From: Methanobacteriota archaeon
GTDB lineage: Archaea > Halobacteriota > Bog-38 > Methanoflorentales > Methanoflorentaceae
Reading direction: 5' to 3'
DNA length: 64,000 nucleotides
NCBI GenBank assembly: GCA_963720465.1
Contig: OY970393.1
Location: forward strand, 768,001 to 832,000
In this document: positions 63,720 to 64,000 of the stretch, one piece after another
How positions within the stretch are numbered: the first letter of the stretch is position 1
How the letters are laid out: each line of letters begins with the position of its first letter
Made by a program: the position numbers and the translations under genes
The notes under the pieces: model-generated
What the model was told of the DNA's origin: nothing
The model's database searches: none
What the model saw: the letters and a program-made list of their open reading frames with translations, nothing else

Positions 63720-64000
63720 TTACTCGACCTCCCCTAAGGATTCTACTTCCTCAGGAACTTCGACGACCTCAGCGACCGCACAGTTGCGCTTTATAGATTT
63801 GATTTCAATCTTAACTGAGTCGTTGACCTTTGTGTTTGGCACAAAAATCACAAGACCGCTAATGCGCGCAATGCCATCCCCTTGTCTGGCAGTGTCTTCA
63901 ATCTTCACATCGTATTGTTTGCCGACGTCCACAGGAGCATCGTTAAACGATCCGCTGCCGTACTTGTTAAAACTGCTGCTGCCAAAAGAGCTTTGATTTG
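63720..64000 (-). CDS. stand-alone TRAM domain protein (5' end outside the window)
   Basis: APVDVGKQYDVKIED..QGDGIARISGLVIFVP. Confidence 0.92.
   Translation of the reverse strand, partial: NQSSFGSSSFNKYGSGSFNDAPVDVGKQYDVKIEDTARQGDGIARISGLVIFVPNTKVNDSVKIEIKSIKRNCAVAEVVEVPEEVESLGEVE

Overview
Archaeal accessory region, most consistent with a Halobacteriota methanogen-lineage genome (TBP, TFE, TRAM, DUF2111, iron-sulfur flavoprotein, coenzyme F390 synthetase remnant, GGAGGTGA ribosome-binding sites). The lineage is inferred from gene content only. The window is a mosaic of intact metabolic and stress genes (thiM-thiE, core methionine synthase, msrAB, satP-acs, copB, radical SAM enzymes, GH130), many decayed or chimeric pseudogenes, small unannotated ORFs and short virus-like gene scraps. 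No rRNA, tRNA, cas gene, integrase or transposase was recognised. The most unusual feature is a pair of cas-less CRISPR-like loci at 51940-52493 and 55547-56107. They share an ~81%-identical leader and 37-nt GTTGC..ATTGAAAC repeats. Instead of ~35-nt spacers, their first repeats are followed by 429-bp and 361-bp inserts carrying sense-strand, RBS-bearing small acidic ORFs that stop 14-15 bp before the next repeat. Other unexplained structure: a dispersed ~32-bp site that brackets a lipoprotein gene and cuts another gene, and a duplicated ~230-bp promoter module in front of two unrelated secreted proteins. All protein family calls come from motif recognition by eye, not database searches.
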